NCBI GenBank assembly: GCA_963829835.1
Contig: CAWHKC010000002.1
Span: 6,279 to 70,278, forward strand
Reading direction: 5' to 3'
Origin: an uncultured Pseudomonadota bacterium
GTDB taxonomy: Bacteria; Pseudomonadota; Gammaproteobacteria; Berkiellales; Berkiellaceae
Length of the DNA stretch: 64,000 bases
Part shown: positions 15,835 through 24,485 of the stretch, in pieces
How the letters are laid out: every line of letters begins with the position of its first letter
Position numbering within the stretch: the first letter of the stretch is position 1
Position numbers and translations under genes: made by a program
The notes under the pieces: model-generated
What the model was told of the DNA's origin: nothing
The model's input: only the letters and a program-made list of their open reading frames with translations
Database searches by the model: none

Positions 15835-16392
15835 GTGCCTAAGAAACAACCTTGGATACAGTCTCTGAAACCACCGGCACGTCCAAAGGTTACACCTGGC
15901 TATCAACATGATTTGAATTTCCCTAGTCTCCTCCAGACACATCACTTTACCTTTAACACCTTAGAAGAAGCCACCCAGCTGGCTGCATATATTACCAGCC
16001 TCTACCCAGAGAAATTCCATAAAAGAATAGAATTAGGGCTAAATGAGCTTTTTTTTAATGCCATTGAACATGGAAATTTAGGAATTGATTGCGAATTAAA
16101 AGCGATGTTAAAGAAAGCCAATCAATGGGAAAATGAAGTTCAAAAACGACTTAACACTTCTCCAAATCAAACCAAATATGTTGAAGCATCGATAGAGATT
16201 AACCCTACTTACATTTTATTAAAGGTAAAAGATCAAGGAAAGGGATTTGATTGGCGACTATTTCATGAAGGAAGTGAGAAGCCATCATACGAACCCCATG
16301 GACGAGGTTTAATGATGGCCAAAAAATACTGTTTTGATAAAGTTGAATTTTCAGAAAAAGGCAATGAAGTTCATTGTTTGGTGTATTTGTAA
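15835..16392 (+). CDS. Stand-alone histidine-kinase-like ATPase (RsbW/anti-sigma-like HATPase_c)
   Basis: ELFFNAIEHGN (N box), DQGKGF (G1) and GRGL (G2) motifs. Confidence 0.8.
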   Translation: MPKKQPWIQSLKPPARPKVTPGYQHDLNFPSLLQTHHFTFNTLEEATQLAAYITSLYPEKFHKRIELGLNELFFNAIEHGNLGIDCELKAMLKKANQWENEVQKRLNTSPNQTKYVEASIEINPTYILLKVKDQGKGFDWRLFHEGSEKPSYEPHGRGLMMAKKYCFDKVEFSEKGNEVHCLVYL

Positions 16393-16872
16393 TCAATCGT
16401 ACAATATATAAAAATTATCTATATTCTTCTCTAAACGATCTTTAAAAACCATCAACGTTTCTTTATCTTGCATAATTACCAAAACCGTATCATCACCCGC
16501 TATTGTCCCTAAAACACCATAATAAGGATCTGTTTTACCACTTTCATTTTGAATTTTCTGATCAATTTGATAGGCAAGGGCATTTGCATTGCCGGGTAGC
16601 GTTGTTAACAAGATAAGATTCGGCAAAGACATTTTAATACTAAACACAGGAATGCGAGACAAGGTTTCCTGACTTAACATCTGATAGCGATTATTCACTT
16701 TTACAATATTCAGCTTCTTAAGCCACCGCGACAAAGTGGATTGCGGAATATCGACCCCATTTTCTTTAAGTTTTTCTTGGAACTGGCTTTGTTCAGATAA
16801 CTCATTATTTATTACAATACGTATCAATAAGTTCTCAAGAGTTTCTGCATCTCGACTCATAGTTGGGCACAT
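16393..16872 (-). CDS. argR: Arginine repressor
   Basis: QSTLSR helix, TLPGNA and GTIAGDDT motifs; start may be 16860. Confidence 0.9.
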   Translation of the reverse strand: MCPTMSRDAETLENLLIRIVINNELSEQSQFQEKLKENGVDIPQSTLSRWLKKLNIVKVNNRYQMLSQETLSRIPVFSIKMSLPNLILLTTLPGNANALAYQIDQKIQNESGKTDPYYGVLGTIAGDDTVLVIMQDKETLMVFKDRLEKNIDNFYILYD

Positions 16873-16906
16873 GTCTTAGGTTGATTAACAATTATGATAA
16901 ATTACC

Positions 16907-18214
16907 TTAATCTGTTAATGCTGTCCATTGACGATATTCATTCATTTTTTCAATACTCAGTTCAATGCCCAGATTTCCTGTGGCACCTAGATGCGTTTTA
17001 CTTAAGATATTCTCGACCGGGGAACTCAATTGAACTTTATCAAGTTCATTCGCCACTTGTTTATAAGCATCTCTAAAGGGGATCCCTTCTTTGACAAGAG
17101 ACAATACTTTATCTGTAGCAAAAATTTCAGTTGTAAAAGAGTTTACACAATTCTGTTGATTAACTTGCAATTGCGAAAATACCCTTGTAAAAACTTGAAG
17201 TGACATATTCGTTATATCAAAGCCTTGCATTAAAGGACGCTTAGTTTCTTGAAAGTCTCTATTATATCCTGAAGGCAATGCTCGAATCAGTTCTAACACT
17301 TGAAATAACAACCCTTGCATCGTAGCAGATTTTGCTCTGATTAATTCCAATGGACAAGGATTACGCTTCTGTGGCATTAGACTACTGCCAGGGCAAAATT
17401 TTTCGGGCAATGTAAGATAACCAAACTCAGGTGCACCAAAAACGATAATATCTGTCGACATTTTGCTTAAATCATTCATTATCTGCACTAAAGCACTCAA
17501 GATAATAGATTCAAATTTTCCACGACTATTGTTTGCATACAACACATTATTTTGAACTGCTCTAAAACCCAATAGATCCGAAGTATATTGCCTATCGATA
17601 TCCAAAGACACCCCGTAACTTGCAGCCGATCCTAAAGGACATTGATCGACCAACCAATAAGCGTTTTTTAAAAGCGCTATATTATCCAACATAGATTCAC
17701 TGAAAGCGCCAGCCCACAATCCCATTGAAGAAGGCATTGCCCTTTGAAAATGGGTTCTACCTGGCATAGGGACATCGTGATAACGTTTAGCAAAATGGCA
17801 TAACACTTCGCAAAGAGTTAAGACTTCCTTGGTGATATTCATTAACCAGTCCTTTGAATATAATCTCATATCCAACAAGACTTGATCGTTCCTTGAACGT
17901 GCAGTATGTAACTTTTTCCCTAAATCACCACATTGTGCTATTAATGCATTTTCAACTGCAGTATGCACATCTTCATCTTGAAATTGAATAATAAATTTAT
18001 CTTCTTTTGCCAAACTGATGATATCGTTCAAAACCTGAACTAATTGCTGGCATTCAAGCGTAGTTAATATACCAATTTTATTTAACATCTTGGCATGCGC
18101 GATACTACCAATACAGTCGTATACGACAAGGGCTTGATCCAATTGTGGATCATCCCCTGTCATAAAAGTTTCAATTAAGTGATCAAGAGTGTATCCTTTG
18201 TCCCACAACTTCAT
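16907..18214 (-). CDS. argH: Argininosuccinate lyase
   Basis: LHTARSRNDQ, MPGRTHFQRA, GSSLMPQKRNP and GYNRD motifs; ATGA-coupled to the upstream gene. Confidence 0.93.
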   Translation of the reverse strand: MKLWDKGYTLDHLIETFMTGDDPQLDQALVVYDCIGSIAHAKMLNKIGILTTLECQQLVQVLNDIISLAKEDKFIIQFQDEDVHTAVENALIAQCGDLGKKLHTARSRNDQVLLDMRLYSKDWLMNITKEVLTLCEVLCHFAKRYHDVPMPGRTHFQRAMPSSMGLWAGAFSESMLDNIALLKNAYWLVDQCPLGSAASYGVSLDIDRQYTSDLLGFRAVQNNVLYANNSRGKFESIILSALVQIMNDLSKMSTDIIVFGAPEFGYLTLPEKFCPGSSLMPQKRNPCPLELIRAKSATMQGLLFQVLELIRALPSGYNRDFQETKRPLMQGFDITNMSLQVFTRVFSQLQVNQQNCVNSFTTEIFATDKVLSLVKEGIPFRDAYKQVANELDKVQLSSPVENILSKTHLGATGNLGIELSIEKMNEYRQWTALTD

Positions 18215-19461
18215 GTTGTACCTCCATTGATAATATCATGTTGTCTTTTTGCCAGAATTTCAAAAGGCAAGCCACGGATCTTAGCGGCATGAGAACACCA
18301 TCGTTGATCGAAAGAAGCACTTTTAATTGAACGTACTTCAGGCGCAAAAAGCGAAAAGTGAGATTCTCGATGAATAATTTCAATGTTACCTTTATATAAT
18401 TTGGCTTTAATTTTACCTGAAACAACTTGTTGCGTTTGAATAATAAAAGCATCAAGCGCTTCTTTCAAAGGGGCAAACCATTGGCCATGATAAACAAGAT
18501 AAGCCCATTTCGCATCAATACCCTTTTTAAATTGTATTTCATCTTTGGTTAAACATTGCTGTTCTAAATCACGATGTAACTTTAAGATCACATGCGCTGC
18601 GGGTGCTTCATAAATTTCACGGCTTTTAAGTTCCATGATGCCATCTTCGAACATGTCAATTAAACCAATTCCTTGCGAGCCCGCAATGAAATTTAGCTTA
18701 GCAATTAAATCATCTAAGGCAAATTTCTCTCCATTGAGTGAAATCGGCAAGCCTTTGATAAATTCGATTTCCACTTCAGTGCCTATTTCTGATGCCTTAG
18801 CAAATGGAAACTTCCACATCCACACATCATCTGGAATTGCTTGATTTAAATCAATGGCCCCAGATGCAATCGATCGACACCATAGAGTCTTATCATCACC
18901 ACCTACAATTTTTTCATCAACAGGAACCCCCCAGTGTTTACATAATAGAAGCTCATCAAATCGCGTCAAATCAAAATCTCTTACTGGAACAAGGACATCT
19001 AATTCAGGCGCAAAAAGCTTAAACACATTATGCATTCGGTATTGATCATTACCTTTGCCAGTTGATCCCTCCAAAATCGCATCACACCCTTGTTTTTTTG
19101 CTTCTTGTGCAACTATTTTTGCGACCAGCTGACGCGTCATAGAAGTTGACACGGGGTAACCATTGTAATCAGAATTGGCCATAATGGCTTTTGTTAACCA
19201 CTTTTTTGAAAATTCTTCTTTAGCATCAATCAAAAGCGGTTTTATCCCTAATGCTTTGGCTTTCTCTTGCACTTGTTGCAGTTCCTCGATCCCTTGTCCC
19301 ACATCAATGGTAATGGGAATGATATCTTTTGCCTCGTAAATATGGCGTAACAAGGCAATAGCGAGCGAAGAATCTAAACCGCCAGAAAAGGCAACTGCTA
19401 CTTTTTGCCCTTTTTTAACTGGCGTTTGTTGAATTTTTTCTAGTATCGTTGCAAGTGTCAT
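18211..19461 (-). CDS. argG: Argininosuccinate synthase-family protein, divergent second paralog
   Basis: AFSGGLDSS PP-loop, TGKGNDQ and KSREIYEAP motifs. Start ATG at 19461 has a GGAGG RBS and ATGA overlap. Confidence 0.85.
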   Translation of the reverse strand: MTLATILEKIQQTPVKKGQKVAVAFSGGLDSSLAIALLRHIYEAKDIIPITIDVGQGIEELQQVQEKAKALGIKPLLIDAKEEFSKKWLTKAIMANSDYNGYPVSTSMTRQLVAKIVAQEAKKQGCDAILEGSTGKGNDQYRMHNVFKLFAPELDVLVPVRDFDLTRFDELLLCKHWGVPVDEKIVGGDDKTLWCRSIASGAIDLNQAIPDDVWMWKFPFAKASEIGTEVEIEFIKGLPISLNGEKFALDDLIAKLNFIAGSQGIGLIDMFEDGIMELKSREIYEAPAAHVILKLHRDLEQQCLTKDEIQFKKGIDAKWAYLVYHGQWFAPLKEALDAFIIQTQQVVSGKIKAKLYKGNIEIIHRESHFSLFAPEVRSIKSASFDQRWCSHAAKIRGLPFEILAKRQHDIINGGTT

Positions 19462-20687
19462 AGTGCCTCCTGATTGATTGCTGACCATTGTTGTAATCGT
19501 AATGCGTTAATTTTAATAAACCCTTTGGCATCGAGCTGATCATAATTTCCAAGAACATCCATACTGGCAATATCAAGTTGATAGAGCGATTTTGGCGATT
19601 CACGTTTTATAACGATAACATTGCCTTTGTAGAGTTTTAGAAATACTTTTCCTTCAACATTTTCTTGGCTGTGTTCAATAGCGGTCATTAAAAATGCCAA
19701 CTCAGGACTGAACCAAAATCCGTTGTAAATAAGTTGTGCTATTTTTGGCATCCACATTTCTTTTAGATGAAACACTTCTCTATCTAAAACTAATGCCTCT
19801 AGCTCAAGATGCGCTTTCCATAAGACTGTACCTGCTGGTGTGTCATAAACACCTCTGCTTTTCATGCCAACAAAACGATTCTCAACAATGTCGATTTTGC
19901 CTATCCCATGCTTAACACATAGTTGATTAAGAGTGGAAAAAAGTTCAACAGAATTGTTTTTGACAGTCACGTTCTCTGTAAGATTAGTCCAGGAACAAGG
20001 AACGCCTTTTTTAAACTCAATAACAATATCTGTTTCTTCGCAACTGGCTTCTTTTAAAGTAACCATTTGCGCAGATAACTTCTCAGGAGCCTTGCTGCCA
20101 GGATTTTCCAAAACCCCACCTTCGAAACTGGTATGCATTAAATTCTCATCAATGCTATAAGGCTTTTCCAAAGTTGATGTAATCGGTATGCCATGGCTTT
20201 TGGCATATTGAATCATATCTGTTCGTCCTTTGAACTGCTGCAAAAACCCTTTGTCTTTCCATGGGCTGATAATGGTTACCTCTGGGAGCAGCGTCATATA
20301 GGCTATTTCAAATCGCACCTGATCATTTCCTTTGCCGGTGGCACCGTGAGCCAGAAAAGTTGTCTTTTCCTTTATTGCAATTTCAACTTGTTTCTTGGCG
20401 ATTAACGGTCTTGCCAAAGATGTCCCTAATAGATATCGACTTTCATACATGGCATTTGCTTTAAGCGCTTTGAAAATATATTGCTCCACAAATTCCTGTC
20501 GCAAATCTTCAATATATACCTTACTTGCTCCAAGGCTCATTGCTTTTTGCTTCAACGAAGCCATATCTTCTTTTTGCCCAACATCGGCCAAAAAACACAC
20601 GACCTCATAGCCTTGTTCAATAAGCCATTTTAAAATGATCGAGGTATCAAGCCCCCCGCTATATGCTAAAATTACTTTCTTCATCAT
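19458..20687 (-). CDS. argG: Argininosuccinate synthase, canonical type
   Basis: AYSGGLDTS, YLLGTSLARP, HGATGKGNDQVRF, YSIDENL.HTSFEGG and ENRFVGMKSRG motifs. Confidence 0.93.
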   Translation of the reverse strand: MMKKVILAYSGGLDTSIILKWLIEQGYEVVCFLADVGQKEDMASLKQKAMSLGASKVYIEDLRQEFVEQYIFKALKANAMYESRYLLGTSLARPLIAKKQVEIAIKEKTTFLAHGATGKGNDQVRFEIAYMTLLPEVTIISPWKDKGFLQQFKGRTDMIQYAKSHGIPITSTLEKPYSIDENLMHTSFEGGVLENPGSKAPEKLSAQMVTLKEASCEETDIVIEFKKGVPCSWTNLTENVTVKNNSVELFSTLNQLCVKHGIGKIDIVENRFVGMKSRGVYDTPAGTVLWKAHLELEALVLDREVFHLKEMWMPKIAQLIYNGFWFSPELAFLMTAIEHSQENVEGKVFLKLYKGNVIVIKRESPKSLYQLDIASMDVLGNYDQLDAKGFIKINALRLQQWSAINQEAL

Positions 20688-21427
20688 AATTCCCATTTTT
20701 GTTGTAGTGATTTTGTTGTGCCATTAGCCAAGAGATTATTAAGTGCAGCATTTACTTTTGTTAGAAAAATGGAGCCTTTTGTTAAAGCGATACCATAACC
20801 TTCTTCTGCTTTTCCTATTTCTTGATATGTTAAAATAGGATTCATTTTACAAAATTCGGCTGCTTGCACCGATTCAATAAGGATGAAATCAACTACTCCC
20901 AATTTTAATTTTTCAATTAAGGCTGGGTTTGAGTCCATTGACGATATTTCCACATCCTTAAATTCTTGATGAATTTTTTTGGCGGCTTGCTCCATGGTGG
21001 TTCCCAATTGAACCCCTATTTTTTTATGCGAAAAATCATTGAAATCTGGCTGTGCTTCTTTTCTATAAATCATGGCTAGCGTTGCCTGATAATATTGTTC
21101 TGTAAAATCAATATTTTTTTGCCTTTGGGGAGTGATTGTTAGTCCGCAGGCTGCGAGATCGATTTTTTGGGTTTGTAAAGCAGGAATAAGATTGTGGTGC
21201 GCCATCTCTAAGAAGGTGACACTCATATTCATTTCTTGGGCAATTTTCTCTATTAAATCAATATCAAATCCAACCAATTTACCCTGTTTTGAGTAAGCAA
21301 AAGGAGGATAGTCTGAACACACCCCTACCTGAAGGAGCTGATGGGTTTTATTTTTTGAATGTTCCTTATGGCACCCAGTCATATTGAACAAACATAATAA
21401 TATCAAAGAATATTTCCAAATCTTCAT
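20684..21427 (-). CDS. Polar amino acid ABC transporter substrate-binding lipoprotein (likely arginine/citrulline)
   Basis: Lipobox MTGC, DYPPF, GFDIDL and GVQLGTT motifs; located in the arg operon. Confidence 0.88.
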   Translation of the reverse strand: MKIWKYSLILLCLFNMTGCHKEHSKNKTHQLLQVGVCSDYPPFAYSKQGKLVGFDIDLIEKIAQEMNMSVTFLEMAHHNLIPALQTQKIDLAACGLTITPQRQKNIDFTEQYYQATLAMIYRKEAQPDFNDFSHKKIGVQLGTTMEQAAKKIHQEFKDVEISSMDSNPALIEKLKLGVVDFILIESVQAAEFCKMNPILTYQEIGKAEEGYGIALTKGSIFLTKVNAALNNLLANGTTKSLQQKWEL

Positions 21428-22077
21428 GCTACACCGCCACTTCTTTGCTTAAAAAAACTATCAATATTTTTATCATTGAATAGCACACCTTCCTCAAGAT
21501 ATAACATTCGTGTTGCCACTTGTTTTAAAAAGGCAAGTTCATGAGAAGCTATTAGCATGGTCAAACCTTGCATTTTCAATTCTTGGACTATTAAAACAAC
21601 CTCTTGCACTAAATTCGGATCCAGCGCAGAAGTCGGTTCATCAAGCAGCAAAATCTGTGGCTCCATCATTAAGGCTCTTATAATGGCCACTCTTTGTTTT
21701 TCGCCACCTGAAAGTTGAGAGGGAAAGTTATTCCTTTTATCCCAGAGGGAAAATCGTTTTAGCAAAGACTGTGCTTTTTCAGTTGCAAGCTTATTTGTTA
21801 GTTTCAATATTTTTATGGGTGCATATATAACATTATTTAATACACTCATATGGGGAAATAAATGAAGATGTTGAAAAATAAATCCTTTACTTGCTTCAAA
21901 CTCAATAGAGCCACTATCAATGGTTTCAAGACCTTGTAAACATTTTAAGAGGGTAGATTTTCCACTGCCAGAGTGCCCCACTAACCCCACGACTTCCCCT
22001 TTTACTATTTCAAGCTGAATATCTTTTAGTACCGGCTTTATGCCAAAGGATTTATGAAGATGTTGTGCTTTAATCAT
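21424..22077 (-). CDS. Polar amino acid ABC transporter ATP-binding protein
   Basis: GHSGSGKST, LSGGEKQR and LLDEPTSALDP motifs; probable start MIKAQ at 22077. Confidence 0.9.
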   Translation of the reverse strand: MIKAQHLHKSFGIKPVLKDIQLEIVKGEVVGLVGHSGSGKSTLLKCLQGLETIDSGSIEFEASKGFIFQHLHLFPHMSVLNNVIYAPIKILKLTNKLATEKAQSLLKRFSLWDKRNNFPSQLSGGEKQRVAIIRALMMEPQILLLDEPTSALDPNLVQEVVLIVQELKMQGLTMLIASHELAFLKQVATRMLYLEEGVLFNDKNIDSFFKQRSGGVA

Positions 22078-22708
22078 ATGCCCACACCTTTTCAATCTTT
22101 TTGCCCGTCTGTGCTAGCAAGAAAGTTAATACGTAATAACAAAGTGCTGCGGTGAAAAGTGGTAATAAATAAGTATATTGCTCGGCAGACACCAGTTGCG
22201 CCCTTCGCATGATATCTTGCTCTCCCAGCGTAGAAATCAGTGCCGTCTCTTTTAAAAGACTAATCGCTTCATTCATCAGTGCTGGAAATATTGTTTTAAA
22301 GGCTTGAGGCAGGATGATATCTTTGTACATATAAATGGATGGGATCTGTAAGGCTTTGGCTGCTGCAAATTGTCCTTTATCTACACTATTCAAGCCAGCT
22401 CTGATAATCTCGCATATGTAAGCACTGGAATTCAGGCCAAAGGCAATGCAGCCGGCGATAAAAATTGAAATGGAAACATCTAACAAACTTGGTATGACAA
22501 AATAAATGATGGCGAGCTGAACGAGCAGTGGCGTCCCTCTTAAAAATGAGACGAACAAACTTATAGCAAAAGTGCCTATTTTATTAAAACTCAATAAGGC
22601 GAGTGCTGAACCTATTATTAATCCCATTATAAGTGAGATAAAGGTATAGGCCAGGGTGATCGTTACCCCTTGAATAATAAAGAGAATGCTTTCGTTAAAC
22701 CCTATCAT
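22070..22708 (-). CDS. Polar amino acid ABC transporter permease
   Basis: RGTPLLVQ, NSSAYICEIIRAG and EAA-loop-like motifs; GAGG RBS before ATG at 22708. Confidence 0.9.
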   Translation of the reverse strand: MIGFNESILFIIQGVTITLAYTFISLIMGLIIGSALALLSFNKIGTFAISLFVSFLRGTPLLVQLAIIYFVIPSLLDVSISIFIAGCIAFGLNSSAYICEIIRAGLNSVDKGQFAAAKALQIPSIYMYKDIILPQAFKTIFPALMNEAISLLKETALISTLGEQDIMRRAQLVSAEQYTYLLPLFTAALCYYVLTFLLAQTGKKIEKVWAYD

Positions 22709-22729
22709 CACTACCTCACCCATGATTAA

Positions 22730-22747
22730 AATGGATGCATATCCATT
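22730..22747. promoter_or_regulatory. Putative ARG box (ArgR operator)
   Basis: aa-TGGAT-gcat-ATCCA-tt palindrome matches the TGNAT-N4-ATNCA shape directly upstream of the arg operon. Extra ATTCA/TGGAT half-sites at 22752-22766. Confidence 0.6.
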
Positions 22748-22875
22748 TAATATTCATATTATGGATATAATAGGCAGTAAAATGAAACATTGTCAAGGCA
22801 CATAACCGATTTATGGGTGTATTGTGATAAAGGGAGGTTTACTGCCGATTAACGTGGATGCGGGGGCATCTTATT

Positions 22876-22910
22876 CCCTCTCCCTTTTGGGAGAGGGTTA
22901 GGGTGAGGGG
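22876..22910. repeat. Short palindromic element (uninterrupted host element)
   Basis: ccctctcccttttgggagagggttagggtgagggg, immediately after the stop of the 22914-23195 gene. Confidence 0.75.
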
Positions 22911-22913
22911 TTT

Positions 22914-23195
22914 CTATTTTTTAAACACTGATCCTGCAATTGAACAAACACCTGAACAAATCGTACTAAAGTGCTTATAACCCAGGTATCCAATCATCAT
23001 TACTCCTTCCCATGCATCTTGAGCTAACGATCCATTAGGTGTCCAAACTGGCTGTGGAACAAGCTTTCCTGATGGGTCTGGTTTCCAGTCAATCATGAGC
23101 ATTCTGACTGATCCACTATCATTAATGTTATTCAGCATTTCTTCAGAAGTTGCGCCGCTCACATGGTTTAATTCATTTTTTGCCAACATTCTCAT
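22914..23195 (-). CDS. Small protein with a double-glycine-type (bacteriocin-like) leader
   Basis: N-terminus MRMLAKNELNHVSGA fits M-x-x-L-x-x-x-EL-x-x-V-S-G-[GA]; GAGG RBS. Confidence 0.65.
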   Translation of the reverse strand: MRMLAKNELNHVSGATSEEMLNNINDSGSVRMLMIDWKPDPSGKLVPQPVWTPNGSLAQDAWEGVMMIGYLGYKHFSTICSGVCSIAGSVFKK

Positions 23196-23342
23196 AGTTA
23201 AACCTCAAATTAATACTCAGATACAAATATGTTATTCAGTTAACATAATTTGCACGGGTTATGCTTTGATTGCTAGAGATTTTTAGCCGTTTATCGGTTT
23301 ATTTATACCGTTTATCAACTCAGATGATTCTTTTATCGCTTC

Positions 23343-23416
23343 AGCAGCGTAGCTGCGTAGGAATTTAGCCCCACGTGGAAGCTTTGAGCCGGAAGGCGAA
23401 AAGCTGGAACGTGGGG
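23343..23416. repeat. Multi-stem palindromic element
   Basis: gcagc-gta-gctgc followed by ccccacgt...agcttt...gcc-ggaa-ggc...aaagct...acgtgggg nested inverted repeats. Confidence 0.7.
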
Positions 23417-23445
23417 GAAAAGCACATCCCATCGATGAAGAGGAA

Positions 23446-24480
23446 TCACTTAATTTCCCAAGTCTTGCCTGTACGCAACAATGCATCCACCGAAGCGTGT
23501 GGAAATTGTTCTTTTGCATTAGCCACTTGTTCGGCTATTTCCTGCTCATAGATAGGTCTTTGAATGGCTCTAAAGATGCCCACTGGCACAGGAAATTCAG
23601 GATGAGGCATTTCATTTAATTTAATAGCCATGGCAATGGAATCATTATTTTGATGGACGTAAACTTGGCTTGCTGCAGTCTCATCTTTCATGTCGATAAT
23701 CTCAAAGTTATCGCCATCAAAACTTAAACCTTTTTCACCGTTTTGACCAAATACCACAGGGCTACCGGGTTCTAAGGTAACAGTGTTATCGGCGCGTACG
23801 CCTCTATCACTGATTTGTGCAAAAGCGCCATCATTAAAGACATTGCAGTTTTGGTAAATTTCGACAAAAGAAGTGCCTTTATGCTGAGCTGCTTCTTTGA
23901 GGATCCATTGTAAGCCTTTGCTATCAACATCAATACTGCGCGCTACAAAACTACAACCTGCTGCCAAAGCCAAATGAACCGGATCAAAGGGATGATCTAT
24001 CGATCCCATTGGCGTGGTTTTGGTCTTCTTCCCTTTTTCTGAGGTCGGAGAATATTGACCTTTAGTTAAACCGTAAATACGATTATTAAAGAGTAAAATA
24101 GTAACATCAACGTTTCTACGCATGATATGCAAAAGATGGTTGGTGCCAATGCTCAAGCCATCACCATCACCTGTTACCACCCAAACCGATAGTTCAGGAC
24201 GGGCAATTTTTAATCCCGTTGCAATGGTTGGTGCACGACCATGAATCGTATGAAATCCAAAAGTGTTTAAATAATAAGGAAAGCGACTTGAACAGCCAAT
24301 ACCAGAAACAAAAACTGTATTTTCTCTTTTAATACCAAGTTCTGGTAATATTTTTTGCACACTGGCTAATATCGCATAATCACCACATCCAGGACACCAG
24401 CGTACTTCTTGATCACTAACAAAAGACTCTCTTGTTAGAGGTTCATCGTCACCTTCTTTTATATCAACCGCTATCGACAT
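23446..24480 (-). CDS. korB: 2-oxoacid:ferredoxin oxidoreductase beta subunit
   Basis: WCPGCGD, SGIGCSSR, HGRA, GDGD TPP motif and YGLTKGQYSPT. Confidence 0.9.
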   Translation of the reverse strand: MSIAVDIKEGDDEPLTRESFVSDQEVRWCPGCGDYAILASVQKILPELGIKRENTVFVSGIGCSSRFPYYLNTFGFHTIHGRAPTIATGLKIARPELSVWVVTGDGDGLSIGTNHLLHIMRRNVDVTILLFNNRIYGLTKGQYSPTSEKGKKTKTTPMGSIDHPFDPVHLALAAGCSFVARSIDVDSKGLQWILKEAAQHKGTSFVEIYQNCNVFNDGAFAQISDRGVRADNTVTLEPGSPVVFGQNGEKGLSFDGDNFEIIDMKDETAASQVYVHQNNDSIAMAIKLNEMPHPEFPVPVGIFRAIQRPIYEQEIAEQVANAKEQFPHASVDALLRTGKTWEIK

Positions 24481-24485
24481 TTCGC

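Noticed and set aside
23238-23265. dif-like site (agttaacataa ... ttatgc)
   Set aside because: The XerD-like arm matches, but the spacer to the XerC-like arm is 10 bp rather than 6 bp.
23283-23519. 78-aa minus-strand ORF after korB
   Set aside because: Reads through a palindromic repeat and overlaps the korB end; probably spurious.
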